From assembly GCA_051362555.1 (NCBI GenBank), contig CM120641.1, positions 3,472,001 through 3,536,000 on the forward strand: DNA of 64,000 bases, in the 5' to 3' direction. Origin of the DNA: Lingula anatina (lineage: Eukaryota; Animalia; Brachiopoda). The position numbers and the translations under genes were made by a program. The number at the start of each line of letters is the position of its first letter. Position 1 is the first letter of the stretch. The notes beneath the pieces were generated by a model, which saw only the letters and a program-made list of their open reading frames with translations, was not told the DNA's origin and did no database searches. This document shows, one piece after another, positions 63,843 to 64,000 of this stretch.

Positions 63843-64000
63843 GTGTTCAATTAGAATGTAAATCAGAAGCATCGTGACTTATTACAACAAAAATTACATA
63901 GAGATTTCAATTAATAATCAAATTCACATCTATAATTAGTTTTAGATACTTGGCCCTTAGTTTTAAAAAGGCCAAGTTATCAGCATGTGGACATTTCGAA

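Noticed and set aside
1-64000. CRISPR arrays, tRNA/rRNA genes, autonomous transposase or reverse-transcriptase ORFs, prokaryotic operons
   Set aside because: The sequence is spliced eukaryotic DNA. No regularly spaced repeats, cloverleaf, rRNA-like tracts or TE-coding frames were seen. Most short ORFs in the track are intronic noise or microsatellite translations.

Overview
AT-rich, intron-rich animal genomic DNA (an invertebrate, probably a lophotrochozoan; taxon is a guess from composition, repeats and gene structure). Reading GT-AG junctions and exon phases by hand gives four complete protein-coding genes and the 5' end of a fifth. (1) A 16-coding-exon medium-chain acyl-CoA synthetase (ACSM-like, +, 878-12588, about 592 aa). 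(2, 3) Two tandem single-domain cyclophilins of the PPIA/PPIF type (-, 14084-19280 and 22936-25982, 164 aa each, identical 69/31/186/76/133-nt exon layout). (4) DLG5 (-, 28629-56711, 26 exons, about 2077 aa, CARD, coiled coil, 4 PDZ, SH3, GK). (5) An unidentified gene diverging from DLG5, with several candidate phase-0 first exons (57.9, 60.0 and 62.4 kb). The most striking observation is a pair of intact, tandem, equal-length (76 nt), same-phase copies of the active-site exon of the first cyclophilin. They differ at 11 synonymous and only 4 replacement codons, the signature of mutually exclusive exons giving two PPIase isoforms. Also seen: a decayed exon duplicate with an in-frame stop in the ACSM gene, a candidate CARD-less DLG5 first exon, several MITE families including one nested insertion, and candidate non-coding exons between the cyclophilins. 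No expression or database evidence was available, so all splice models are predictions.
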